From the IMG/VR virus record IMGVR_UViG_3300037851_000327, positions 1 to 37,946 of that record: DNA of 37,946 bases, one strand, 5' to 3'. The DNA comes from a virus. Taxonomy: Duplodnaviria > Caudoviricetes. The notes under the pieces are model-generated. The model worked only from the letters and a program-made list of their open reading frames with translations, was not told where the DNA came from and made no database searches. This document shows positions 8,190 through 16,679 of this stretch, one piece after another (position 1 is the stretch's first letter; each line of letters starts with the position of its first letter). A program made the position numbers and the translations under genes.

Positions 8190-8533
8190 GTGTACATGTG
8201 TACATTGGAGGCGGAAATAGGGGGGGATTAAATATGTTTTGTAACGCTGCAAAACATATTTTAAGTGACCCTTTGGGGGGTTGCGATGTACACATGTACA
8301 CTTTACCCCACCCCCAGCCCCTCCCCAGACGTAGAGCACGTTTGGGGAGGGGTGGAAAGGGAGGTTTTTGGGGTAAAAATAGGGTTTTTAGGTGTACATA
8401 TGTATGTAAGTGTATGTTGTATATGTGTAAGACGCGTGTTTTTGCCTTGCTGAGGGTATTATATTCGGACTGTTTTTGTCTTGTCGGTGTACATTGAGGT
8501 GTACATTGTAAATCGTTGTACACATGTACACTT
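8190..8533. other. Putative replication origin
   Basis: Nine TGTACA hexamers; a 16-bp inverted repeat (8190-8205/8286-8301) centred on an AT-rich 12-bp palindrome (8230-8261); directly downstream of the primase. Confidence 0.65.
8306..8352 (+). repeat. Family B palindromic repeat (intergenic)
   Basis: ccccacccccag cccctccccagacgt-agagc-acgtttggggagggg. Confidence 0.85.
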
Positions 8534-8565
8534 GATGCAATAAGTTTTGCGGCAAAGGAGATGAT

Positions 8566-8682
8566 ATGGAAACGATGATTTTATTAAGTCTTGTTTGTGT
8601 GCTGTTGCTGTTTGGGGGGGCGTTCGTGTCATGGGCGATTGTGGCTGTTGGGGCTAAATCGGAGAGGAGGAATTTGAAATGA
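8566..8682 (+). CDS. 38-aa single-TM protein
   Basis: AAAGGAG RBS; METMILLSLVCVLLLFGGAFVSWAIVAVG...; ATGA overlap with the next gene. Confidence 0.6.
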   Translation: METMILLSLVCVLLLFGGAFVSWAIVAVGAKSERRNLK

Positions 8683-8915
8683 ACGGGATGATGAGGATTT
8701 GGGGTTCGATGGTATGGGGGAGCGGGAAGACGATGGCGGAGCTGATCCAGGAGGGGAAGGAGCGGTTCGAGAAGAAGAATCCGGGGCACCTGGCGACGCA
8801 TGCGATGGTGAATGTGACGCATGAGGGGCTGGAGGTGGAGGGGATGGTGGTGCTGGTGTCGAAGGGGATCGTGCCGAATATGGTGATCGTGGGGGAGGTG
8901 TGGAAGACTAATTAA
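8679..8915 (+). CDS. Hypothetical protein
   Basis: AGGAGG RBS, operonic. Confidence 0.65.
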   Translation: MNGMMRIWGSMVWGSGKTMAELIQEGKERFEKKNPGHLATHAMVNVTHEGLEVEGMVVLVSKGIVPNMVIVGEVWKTN

Positions 8916-8956
8916 TTAGGGCTGTTACGGGGTGTAACAGGCTCAGGAGGTGTGGT

Positions 8957-9280
8957 ATGGCAAGTTTAGATGAGATAGCACGTGGGATGAGAAAAGCGTA
9001 CCAGAAGGGCGGGGGATGGCGGGAGGTGGGGCGGAGGTATGGGATCAGCGGGGGGATGGCTTTTCGGATCGCGACGCAGGGGTATGAGCCGAAGGAGGCG
9101 GCGATCCGGGTGATACTGGGGCTACCGGCAAGGGTGGAGGTGAGCGCGTGCCCGCATTGCGGTGGGGTGCATCTAAAGTCTAGGTGTTCGCAGCTGCGAA
9201 CGAGGCACCGGGATCTGTTTGGGATGGAGGTGGAGGAGCTGCAATGGAGGTTGGAGAACAGGGTCGAGGTAAAGAGATAA
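8957..9280 (+). CDS. HTH plus Zn-ribbon protein
   Basis: GWREVGRRYGISGGMAFRIA HTH-like; CPHCGGVH; AGGAGG RBS. Confidence 0.65.
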   Translation: MASLDEIARGMRKAYQKGGGWREVGRRYGISGGMAFRIATQGYEPKEAAIRVILGLPARVEVSACPHCGGVHLKSRCSQLRTRHRDLFGMEVEELQWRLENRVEVKR

Positions 9281-9336
9281 TCACAGGATGAACAGGATAA
9301 GACCTATTTTTAGGGAAGAGGAATTGACAGGATGGA
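9279..9336 (+). repeat. Two family A repeats, intergenic; the second supplies the next ATG
   Basis: aatcacaggatgaacaggataagacct...gaattgacaggATGga. Confidence 0.8.
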
Positions 9337-9613
9337 TAGAGATCAAGAGGTGAAGAGCTGGAAATGCAGGAGGGGGCATACGATGGGGCTGGTGGTGCGG
9401 CATAACCGGGTGCGAAGGCTGCTGTTGCTGCGGGAGGCGTTGGAGGGAAGGGGGCGTAACGGGGCGGCGCCGATGCGGATGGAGGAGGTGGATGTGATGG
9501 CGGTGGTGGAGGGGTATGTGGCGGATGTGAGGTGCTCAATTTGCGGGGAGGTGAGGACGTGGGTGCCCGGCCAGGAGGTGATCCGGAGGATGCTGCGGGA
9601 GGCGAGGAGGTGA
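9332..9613 (+). CDS. Zn-ribbon protein
   Basis: WKCRRGH...VRCSICG. Confidence 0.65.
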   Translation: MDRDQEVKSWKCRRGHTMGLVVRHNRVRRLLLLREALEGRGRNGAAPMRMEEVDVMAVVEGYVADVRCSICGEVRTWVPGQEVIRRMLREARR

Positions 9614-9617
9614 GGAT

Positions 9618-9890
9618 ATGAATGATGAGGTGGTGGTGGAACGAGGGGTGAGCCGGTTTGGGCTGCACCGGCTGCATGTGATCCGGTGGGGGAAGGCGGT
9701 GAGCGATGAGTGGTTAATTTATCTCACCACAGAGCTGGACCCCACCCCTGACCCTCCCCAAATCCCCGCTGAGTACAGCGGGCTATTTGGGGAGGGGGTG
9801 ATGATCGAGGCAGTGGTGAGGTATGAGGAGGAGGGGATCGGGCTGCATCATTTGAGGGTGTATTGGAGGGAGAATTCACAGGATGAATAG
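9618..9890 (+). CDS. Hypothetical protein with internal duplication and repeat inserts
   Basis: FGLHRLHVIRW and IGLHHLRVYW halves; stop codon supplied by a family A repeat. Confidence 0.5.
   Translation: MNDEVVVERGVSRFGLHRLHVIRWGKAVSDEWLIYLTTELDPTPDPPQIPAEYSGLFGEGVMIEAVVRYEEEGIGLHHLRVYWRENSQDE
9740..9798 (+). repeat. Family B palindrome, in-frame (DPTPDPPQIPAEYSGLFGEG)
   Basis: ccctccccaaat..ccgctg-agta-cagcgg..atttggggaggg. Confidence 0.85.
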
Positions 9891-9920
9891 GGTGAAAGGG
9901 TTGGTCAGGTTTTTTCCTGA
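9873..9920 (+). repeat. Family A repeat supplying a stop codon (NSQDE*)
   Basis: aattcacaggatgaatagggtgaaagggttggtcagg. Confidence 0.85.
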
Positions 9921-9951
9921 TTGAGGGAAGAGAAATACAAGCGATAGGTAA

Positions 9952-9980
9952 TTGACAAATAATTAGTAAAATGCTATACT
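9952..9980 (+). promoter_or_regulatory. Strong sigma70 promoter (late, pR'-like)
   Basis: TTGACA-17 nt-TATACT with extended -10 TGn; upstream of the lysis and morphogenesis genes. Confidence 0.85.
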
Positions 9981-9986
9981 GTTTGT

Positions 9987-10060
9987 GGACGGGGCGGTGA
10001 TCCCCCTCCCTGCTCCCCAGCAGGACCCCCACCCCACTACCCCGTCCGTGGTCTTTTTCT
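9987..10060 (+). ncRNA. Candidate C-rich leader or small RNA
   Basis: 9987-9999 pairs with 10035-10047; inner hairpin cctgct-cccc-agcagg; T-tract follows. Confidence 0.5.
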
Positions 10061-10125
10061 CCTTCATCGAAGTTGGTTGAGCAGTCTGAGCAAAAGGTGG
10101 TCTGAGGGTTGATCGGATGGTTGGT

Positions 10126-10166
10126 GGTGATGAGCTCCCACGAGGAATCGTGGGCGCTCATCGTTT
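10126..10166 (+). terminator. GNRA-capped hairpin, possible leader terminator
   Basis: gatgagc-t-cccacga-GGAA-tcgtggg-c-gctcatc, then a short gttt. Confidence 0.5.
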
Positions 10167-10172
10167 AAGGAT

Positions 10173-10247
10173 AATTCACAGGATCAGGCAGGATAAAACC
10201 TGTTTTAGAAAAGAGCGGTCAACGGATTTAGAACGGATAGAACGAAT
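10173..10247 (+). repeat. Family A repeat followed by an AACGGAT periodic repeat
   Basis: aattcacaggatcaggcaggataaaacctg...aacggatttagaacggatagaacgaat. Confidence 0.85.
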
Positions 10248-10271
10248 TAAAAACGAGATAAGGAGTGGATT

Positions 10272-10547
10272 ATGGACGTGTATGTGATTGCATTGTTTAT
10301 TGCGCTGGCGACGAACCGGATCATCGAGGGGGTGATGGAGCCGGTGCGGAAGAAGTTTCCGACATTGGATCTGTGGTGGCTGATTTACGTGGCGTGGGGT
10401 CTGGGCGGGTTGATTGCATGGCTGGCGGAGATCAATTTATTTGCGGCGTACTTACCTAGCGTGGTGGCGGGGCGGGTGCTGACAGCGGTGGTGGTGGGGG
10501 GCGGGGCGAATTTGATCCGGGATATTTTCGGCGGAGGCAGGGGATGA
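10272..10547 (+). CDS. Holin-like membrane protein
   Basis: 91 aa with about 3 TM helices; upstream of the endolysin. Confidence 0.75.
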   Translation: MDVYVIALFIALATNRIIEGVMEPVRKKFPTLDLWWLIYVAWGLGGLIAWLAEINLFAAYLPSVVAGRVLTAVVVGGGANLIRDIFGGGRG

Positions 10548-10936
10548 GCCCGGCAAGCAGCACGCCGGCAGCAGTGGCGTTTCAGGCACAGCTTGACGCG
10601 TTAGGTGAGCGCATGGATAGAAACTTCGAGGAAATCAAGGCGATGATGCGATCATTCGATGAACGGGTGAGGGCGGTCGAGACGAGGGAGGCGGGATGCC
10701 AGCCGGTAATCCAGGCGAGAATCGATGCGGCATGGCGAAAGCTGGACGAGCATGATACCAGCCTGCGGGTCTTGGAGAAACAGTTGTCAGAACAGACGAA
10801 GAATCTGAACGGTGTGATCGAGCAGCAAAGATCGTTGTATGCGATCTTACGATGGGGGGTGGGGATTCTGACGGCGCTGCTGACGGTGACGCTGGGTATG
10901 TTCATCACAGGGCAGGCGGCGATTATTTTTAAGTAG
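10544..10936 (+). CDS. Coiled-coil protein with C-terminal TM (XhlA-like lysis accessory)
   Basis: Architecture and position in the lysis cassette. Confidence 0.6.
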   Translation: MSPASSTPAAVAFQAQLDALGERMDRNFEEIKAMMRSFDERVRAVETREAGCQPVIQARIDAAWRKLDEHDTSLRVLEKQLSEQTKNLNGVIEQQRSLYAILRWGVGILTALLTVTLGMFITGQAAIIFK

Positions 10937-10946
10937 GGAGGGTGCG

Positions 10947-11906
10947 ATGAGGCAACATGGGATCGATACGAATCATTGGGAGGGGGTGATCCGCTGGAAC
11001 GAGGTCAGGGCGAGCGGGGAGGTGTATTTTGCGATCCATAAATGCACGGAGGGGACAGGGTTCAAGGATTCGCAGTATGGGAATAACCGGGCGGGGACGA
11101 TCGGGTATGAGGTGCCATGGGGAGCGTATCATTTCTATCTGCCCGCATATGCGCCGTTGAAGCAGGCGGACTGGTTTATCAGCCAATTGGGGACGCCATA
11201 TCCGAGGCTGATGTGGAACGACCTGGAGACGGGGGCGGCGGATGCGCTGAATTGCATGCAGACGGGGATACACCTTGCAGCGGGGGCGGATTATGACACG
11301 TGGCAGGCGATGCTGAAAGCGGCGGGGAAGACGAGGACGCAGAACGAGACGTTGAAGAGCTGGATGTTGGGGCTGCCGACGGATGCGAAGGCGTGGCGAG
11401 ACAGGATTAAGCAGTTTGGCCAGCCGGGGATTTATACGAGCCCGGGGTTCTGGCAGAGCTTTTTTTATCCAGCTCCGGAGTGGCCTGCGGAGGACCCACT
11501 GTGGATTGCGCATGTGGGGGTGGACCAACCGACAGTACCGGAGCCGTGGGAGGATTATGCGATCTGGCAGTATGCGTGGAACGGGAGTATCCCGGGGATA
11601 GACAGCGCGGTGGATGTGAACTGGTTCAACGGGGATGGGACACAGCTGCTGGGATTGTTTGGGAATGGGACTTTGCCACCACAGGGACCCAGCGGGAGGT
11701 GGCAGTTCAAGGTGCTGACGGAGGGGCTGAGCGTACGGGCCGGTCCAGGAACGGGTTTTATGAAGGTGGGCAGCCTGGCCAAGGGGACAGTGGTGGAGGC
11801 GGATGATTTCAGGGTGGCACAGAGCAGCTGGGTGCATCATAACAAGGGGGGGTGGAGCGCGGTGTATTATGCGGGGCAGGGGCTGCACATGGAGCAGGTG
11901 ATTTAA
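10947..11906 (+). CDS. Endolysin: GH25 muramidase plus SH3b-like domain
   Basis: GIDTNHWEG, KCTEG, GAYHF, DLE, IWQY, VDVNWF; LSVRAGPGT. Confidence 0.92.
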   Translation: MRQHGIDTNHWEGVIRWNEVRASGEVYFAIHKCTEGTGFKDSQYGNNRAGTIGYEVPWGAYHFYLPAYAPLKQADWFISQLGTPYPRLMWNDLETGAADALNCMQTGIHLAAGADYDTWQAMLKAAGKTRTQNETLKSWMLGLPTDAKAWRDRIKQFGQPGIYTSPGFWQSFFYPAPEWPAEDPLWIAHVGVDQPTVPEPWEDYAIWQYAWNGSIPGIDSAVDVNWFNGDGTQLLGLFGNGTLPPQGPSGRWQFKVLTEGLSVRAGPGTGFMKVGSLAKGTVVEADDFRVAQSSWVHHNKGGWSAVYYAGQGLHMEQVI

Positions 11907-11978
11907 GAGCAATTCACAGGATGAATAGGATGAAAGGGATCAGGCAGGATAAAACCTGTTGAGAGAGAAGAGCGGAGA
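11907..11978 (+). repeat. Family A repeat, full-length, intergenic
   Basis: gagcaattcacaggatgaataggatgaaagggatcaggcaggataaaacctgttgagagagaagagcggag. Confidence 0.9.
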
Positions 11979-11985
11979 ATGTGTG

Positions 11986-12672
11986 ATGGAGAGAGTTGAT
12001 TATCAGCTGAGGCTGGAGCTGGATTTGGGAGAGGAATTTGAGCCGGAGGAGAAGGTATATCTGGACGCGCCAATGCGGGATGAGATCGCCAGGAAGTTCT
12101 TCGATGGTTTGGAGAATAAGCCGGAGTGGTATGAGGAGTATATGCGGCTGATTGAGGGTGGGTGGCCGTGGCGGGTGGCGTGTTATATGGCATGGGCGGG
12201 GAGCCCGAGGCGTGAGCGGTGGCCAGAGACGACGGAGAAGCTGGCGACGGAGGTTTTGGGTTTGACGGGTCCGCGAGTGATTTACCAATGGCGGAAGCGG
12301 AACCCGGCGATTGACCAGATGACGGCGATGCTGCAAGCGGCGCCACTGTTCCAGCACCGGGCGGATATCCTGAAGGCTTTGATCGAATCGGCGACGAACG
12401 AGGGTTATCGAGGTTTTCATGACCGGCGGCTGGCGCTGGAGATGATGGGCGATTACACGCCGAAGAGCAAGCTTGAGGTGGGGAAGAGCGTGAAGGGGAT
12501 GGAGGGAATGAGCGATGCTGAGCTGGAAGCGTGGGCGGGGGGAATTAATTCACAGGATGAACAGGATGAAGAGGATGAAGAGGATGGACAGGATAAAACC
12601 TGGTCAGAGGAAAGAGGGGAGGGTATTCACAGGATCAGGCAGGATGAATTAGAAGGGGAGAAGAATGAATAG
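11986..12672 (+). CDS. terS: Terminase small subunit (HTH type)
   Basis: HTH EKLATEVLGLTGPRVIYQWRK; overlaps the TerL start. Confidence 0.72.
   Translation: MERVDYQLRLELDLGEEFEPEEKVYLDAPMRDEIARKFFDGLENKPEWYEEYMRLIEGGWPWRVACYMAWAGSPRRERWPETTEKLATEVLGLTGPRVIYQWRKRNPAIDQMTAMLQAAPLFQHRADILKALIESATNEGYRGFHDRRLALEMMGDYTPKSKLEVGKSVKGMEGMSDAELEAWAGGINSQDEQDEEDEEDGQDKTWSEERGEGIHRIRQDELEGEKNE
12547..12648 (+). repeat. Family A composite repeat, in-frame in TerS
   Basis: Encodes NSQDEQDEEDEEDGQDKTWSEERGEGIHRIRQDE. Confidence 0.9.
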
Positions 12673-14335
12673 CGTGGGGGTGGTGGCGGGGAAGGGTGAG
12701 GCGAGGCGGGAGTTGGCTAGGCGGGAGCTGGCGAGGCGGAGGCTGGCGGATTATTGCGCGTATGTGAGCCCATGGTTCCAGAGGCCGAGGCACTTGCAGT
12801 ATGCGGTGAGGAAGCTGGAGGAGGTGGAGCGGTATGTGCGGACGAGGGGAGAGGAAGGGATCGGCAGGCTGCTGATCATGATGCCACCCAGACACGGGAA
12901 GAGCGAGCTGGTGAGCAGGCATTTTCCGGCATGGGTGTTGGGGAGGAATCCGGATGTGCGGGTGGTGTTGACAAGTTATGGGGCGGACCTGGCGGTGCGG
13001 AATTCGAGGGCACTGCGGGACCAGGTGAGCGGGATGAAATTTGTAAATGTGTTTGGGGAGCGAGGGACCCCACCCCCAGCCCCTACCCAAATGGGTACAT
13101 TTGGAGAGGGGAGAATAGTGGTGGAGCTGAGCTCAGATTCGAGGAATGTGCAGGCATGGGACCTGGCGGCGCCAGCGCGAGGCGGGGTGGTGGCAACGGG
13201 GGTGGGCGGGGCTTTGACAGGGATGGGGGCGAATTTGTTGATCGTGGATGACCCGGTGAAGAACCGGGAGGAGGCGGAGAGTGAGGAGGCGAGGCGGCGG
13301 GTATGGGAGTGGTGGACTTCGACTGCGTACACCCGTCTGGAGGAGGGCGGGGCAGTAGTGGGGATGTTGACACGGTGGCATACGGATGATTGGGCGGGGA
13401 GGCTGCTGGCGGCAGCTGCGCATGAGGCGGGGGCGGACCAGTGGGAGGTGGTGTGTTTTCCGGCGATCGCAGAGGGGATTTCACAGGATAGACAGGATGA
13501 AGAGGATGGACAGGATAAAACCTGGTCAGAGGAAAGAGGGGAGGGAATTCACAGGATCAGGCAGGATGAAGAGGATGGACAGGATAAGACCTTTTTGATG
13601 GGAAAGAGCGATGGGGGGAGGGATGTATTAGGGAGGAGGGCGGGGGAGGCGCTGTGGCCTGAGAAGTATAACGTGGAGGATCTGGAGCGGATCAAGGCGA
13701 ACGTGGGGGCGTATGACTGGGAGGCGTTGTACCAGCAGTCGCCATATAGCCGCAGCATGGGTTTTTTTAAGCGGGAGTGGTTTGCGGTGGTTGAGCAGGG
13801 CCCTAAGGAGGAGGAGGTCGTGGAGCGGGTGAGGGCATGGGACAAGGCGGGGACGGCAACGGGTAAGGGGGGTGATTATGGAGTGGGTGTGCTGCTGGCG
13901 ATGACGAGCTTGGGGGTGGTGTATGTGGAGCATGTGGAGCGGGGGCAGTGGCGGCCGATGGAGCGGGAGGAGGCGATCTTGCGGTGCGCGGAGATCGATA
14001 GGATGAGGAAAGGGGCGAGGACGATGATCTGGCACCAGCAGGACCCGGGCAGCTCGGGGCTGGACAGTGCGGAGGCGACGAACCGGATGCTGGCGGGGAA
14101 GGGGTTCGAGGCGAGGTTCGAGACGGTGACGGGGACGAAGGAGGTGCGGGCGGGGCCGTGGAGCACGATGTGCCAGGGGGGAGGGGTAAGGCTGGTGCGG
14201 GGCGGGTGGAATGAGGCGTTTGTTGCAGAGCATGAGGCGTTCCCGAGAGGGAGGTATGACGACCAGGTGGATGCGGCGAGCTGGGGGTTCGTGAAGCTGG
14301 GGATGGGGATGATCGAGGGGAAGCTGATGTATTAG
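12665..14335 (+). CDS. terL: Terminase large subunit
   Basis: Walker A MPPRHGKS; Walker B LLIVDD; nuclease motifs AWDKA and DDQVDA. Confidence 0.95.
   Translation: MNSVGVVAGKGEARRELARRELARRRLADYCAYVSPWFQRPRHLQYAVRKLEEVERYVRTRGEEGIGRLLIMMPPRHGKSELVSRHFPAWVLGRNPDVRVVLTSYGADLAVRNSRALRDQVSGMKFVNVFGERGTPPPAPTQMGTFGEGRIVVELSSDSRNVQAWDLAAPARGGVVATGVGGALTGMGANLLIVDDPVKNREEAESEEARRRVWEWWTSTAYTRLEEGGAVVGMLTRWHTDDWAGRLLAAAAHEAGADQWEVVCFPAIAEGISQDRQDEEDGQDKTWSEERGEGIHRIRQDEEDGQDKTFLMGKSDGGRDVLGRRAGEALWPEKYNVEDLERIKANVGAYDWEALYQQSPYSRSMGFFKREWFAVVEQGPKEEEVVERVRAWDKAGTATGKGGDYGVGVLLAMTSLGVVYVEHVERGQWRPMEREEAILRCAEIDRMRKGARTMIWHQQDPGSSGLDSAEATNRMLAGKGFEARFETVTGTKEVRAGPWSTMCQGGGVRLVRGGWNEAFVAEHEAFPRGRYDDQVDAASWGFVKLGMGMIEGKLMY
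13068..13111 (+). repeat. Family B palindrome, in-frame in TerL (TPPPAPTQMGTFGEG)
   Basis: cccctacccaaatg-ggta-catttggagagggg. Confidence 0.85.
13478..13610 (+). repeat. Family A composite repeat, in-frame in the TerL interdomain linker
   Basis: About 44 codons inserted between FPAIAE and DVLGRRAGEALWPE. Confidence 0.9.
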
Positions 14336-14337
14336 GT

Positions 14338-14418
14338 ATTCACAGGATGAATAGGATAAAAGGGATGGTCAGGATAGAACCTGGAAAAGGGAATTGAGAA
14401 GTGTGAAATGGGAATTGG
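14338..14418 (+). repeat. Family A repeat plus 7-nt periodic repeat, intergenic
   Basis: attcacaggatgaataggata...; gaattga gaagtgt gaaatgg gaattgg. Confidence 0.85.
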
Positions 14419-14419
14419 A

Positions 14420-14596
14420 ATGAGTGAGATGATTGGACGGGTGACGAGGATGGATGTGATGAGGGCGCTGGAGCGGGTGGAGACGGGGGCAACGAGTGTG
14501 GAGGATGCGAATTTGATCCGGAGTTATTTGCGGATGCTGGAAAGCTGGATTGAGAATTATACGGCAAAGCAGGACGGTGAGGATGGCGAAAATTAG
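14420..14596 (+). CDS. Small hypothetical protein
   Basis: 58-aa ORF overlapping the portal start. Confidence 0.5.
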   Translation: MSEMIGRVTRMDVMRALERVETGATSVEDANLIRSYLRMLESWIENYTAKQDGEDGEN

Positions 14597-16616
14597 GGAT
14601 AGGGTACAGGCAGCAATTCGGGCGTGGAAGGTGGGGACGGAGGTGGTGACGAATTATGAGGCGATGCACGGGCATGATGACAGCATGTACAGCCCGGCGG
14701 AGTATGGGAATTATCTGGTGACTTCGAATCCGATCTATACCTGCGCGACGATCCGGGCAGATGCATTGGGCAGCCTGGATTTCAAGGCGTACCGGCTGGA
14801 CGAGCAGGGGAGGAGGGTGGAGGATAAGAGCAGCTCCGTATTGAGCCTGTTGCGTAAGGTAAACGACTTTTGGACGATGAGCAGGCTGCTGGTGATGACG
14901 GAGCTGAGTTTGTGCGTGTGGGGGCGGTGTTATTGGGCGGTTGAGCGGGGGGAGAACACTCTAGGGGAGCCACAGGAGATCTGGTGGATGAAGCCGAGCG
15001 AGGTGAGTGTGGTGCCACACCCGGTGAAGTATGTGGACCATTTTGAGTATGGAGTGGGCGGAGGGGAGAAGCCGATCATGTTCCTACCGCATGAGGTGGT
15101 GTGGTTCCGCTATCCGAACCCGCTGGATGAGTTCAGCGCATTGTCACCAATGGCGGCGGCGAGGCTGGGGGCGGAGGTAGGCAGCGCAGCGGGGAAGTCC
15201 AATAAATATTTGTTCGAGCAGGGATATCAATTGGGAGGGTATGTGGCGCCGGAGGAGGGGCGGACGTTTACGAGGGAGCAGGCGAAGGAGCTGGAGGAGG
15301 ATATGGCGAGGCGGTTCAAGGGGGTGGACAAGGCACACCGGTGGGCGGTGCTGCGATTCAAGGCGGAGATGAAGTCGTTGGGGGTGACGCCGAAAGATGC
15401 GGAGTTCCTGGGGGCGCTGGCATGGAGCCTGGAGGAGGCATGCCGGGCGTATAAGATCCCGCTGGATATGGTGGGTGGGCAGCGGACGTATGAGAACGTG
15501 AGGGCGAGCGATCGGGCGTTTTGGATGCGGGCGATGTTACCGGAGGCAAAGTTTGTGAGCAGCGAGGTGGTGGAGCAGCTATTACCGATGTTCCAGAGCA
15601 GGCCAGACGTGGTGGAGCTGGATACGAGCCATGTACCGGCGCTGCAAGAGGAGGAGGGGGAGCAGTGGAAGCGGGAGGAGGGTCAGATCAAGGTAGGGGC
15701 GATCACGGTGAATGAGTGGCGAGAAACGAAGGGGTTGGAGCCGGTGGAATGGGGGGATGAGAGGTGGACGGCGGGCAGCGGGAGTTTATTTGGAGGGAGT
15801 CCACAGGGTGAAGAGGGTGGGACACAAACCGTCCACGAATTGAACACGAATACACGAATGACTAGATCGGTGGAATATGGGAGTGAGGAGCACCGGCGGT
15901 TGTGGGGGCGATATGTGCGGCAGACGGAGCGGTTCGAGCGGGAGTTCCGGAAGATTGTGGTGAACCTGCTGGAGAGGCAGCGGGTGAGCGTGCTGCAGAG
16001 GCTGAAGGCAAGGTCGGCGAGGGGGGTGGATGAGGTGGTGAGCGAGCCATTCGACCTGGCGGAGTGGGTGAAGAAGTTCAAGCAGGCGGTGCGGGCGATC
16101 TTGAGGGAGATCGTGGAGGAGTTTGGAGGCGAGGCGGCAGCGGAGGTCGGGGCAGGTTTCGATGTTTTACAGAAGGAGGTGATCCAATTTCTGGAGCAGC
16201 GGGCGCAGCGGTTTGCGAAGCAGGTGAATGAGACGACCTGGCAGCAGCTGAAGGAGAGTTTGAGCGAGGGGGTGGAAGCCGGGGAGAGCGTGGAGGAGCT
16301 GGCGGAGCGGGTGGAGGAGGTGATGGATGGAAGGATCGAGTCGAGCGCGGAGACGATTGCGCGAACAGAGGTAATTGGGGCGAGCAACGGGGGGATGCTG
16401 GAGGCATGGCAGCAGAGCGGGGTAGTGAAGGGGAAGGTGTGGCTGGCAGCGCTGGATGACCGGACGAGGGACAGCCATGTGGAAGCGCACGGGCAGGAAG
16501 TGGGGCTGTATGAGGAGTTCGTGGTGGGGAGTGCAAGAGGGATGGCGCCGGGGCAGATGGGGGAGCCGGAGGAGGATATCAATTGCAGGTGCACGATGAC
16601 GGCTGTGCTGGAGTAG
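14583..16616 (+). CDS. HK97-family portal protein fused to a MuF/SPP1 gp7-like minor head domain
   Basis: Portal motifs (EVVWFRYPNP, LSPM, ITVNEWR); C-terminal IARTE, KVWLAALDDRTRDSH, INCRCT. Confidence 0.92.
   Translation: MAKIRDRVQAAIRAWKVGTEVVTNYEAMHGHDDSMYSPAEYGNYLVTSNPIYTCATIRADALGSLDFKAYRLDEQGRRVEDKSSSVLSLLRKVNDFWTMSRLLVMTELSLCVWGRCYWAVERGENTLGEPQEIWWMKPSEVSVVPHPVKYVDHFEYGVGGGEKPIMFLPHEVVWFRYPNPLDEFSALSPMAAARLGAEVGSAAGKSNKYLFEQGYQLGGYVAPEEGRTFTREQAKELEEDMARRFKGVDKAHRWAVLRFKAEMKSLGVTPKDAEFLGALAWSLEEACRAYKIPLDMVGGQRTYENVRASDRAFWMRAMLPEAKFVSSEVVEQLLPMFQSRPDVVELDTSHVPALQEEEGEQWKREEGQIKVGAITVNEWRETKGLEPVEWGDERWTAGSGSLFGGSPQGEEGGTQTVHELNTNTRMTRSVEYGSEEHRRLWGRYVRQTERFEREFRKIVVNLLERQRVSVLQRLKARSARGVDEVVSEPFDLAEWVKKFKQAVRAILREIVEEFGGEAAAEVGAGFDVLQKEVIQFLEQRAQRFAKQVNETTWQQLKESLSEGVEAGESVEELAERVEEVMDGRIESSAETIARTEVIGASNGGMLEAWQQSGVVKGKVWLAALDDRTRDSHVEAHGQEVGLYEEFVVGSARGMAPGQMGEPEEDINCRCTMTAVLE
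15801..15859 (+). repeat. Degenerate family A plus CACGAAT repeat in the portal-MuF linker
   Basis: ccacagggtgaagagggtgg...ccacgaattgaacacgaatacacgaat. Confidence 0.7.
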
Positions 16617-16662
16617 AGCACAGGATGAATAAGATAAAAAAGATATACAGGATAGAACCTGT
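16617..16662 (+). repeat. Family A repeat, intergenic
   Basis: agcacaggatgaataagata...caggatagaacctg. Confidence 0.8.
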
Positions 16663-16679
16663 ATTAGGAGAGTGAAGAG

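Noticed and set aside
8183-8497. 104-aa ORF after the primase
   Set aside because: Runs through the iterons and palindromes; low-complexity translation
12572-13570. Diversity-generating retroelement TR/VR pair
   Set aside because: No reverse transcriptase, only one mismatch, and both copies are coding linkers
13478-13610. Intein or intron in TerL
   Set aside because: Too short; no C/S...HN splice motifs or intron structure; composed of family A repeats
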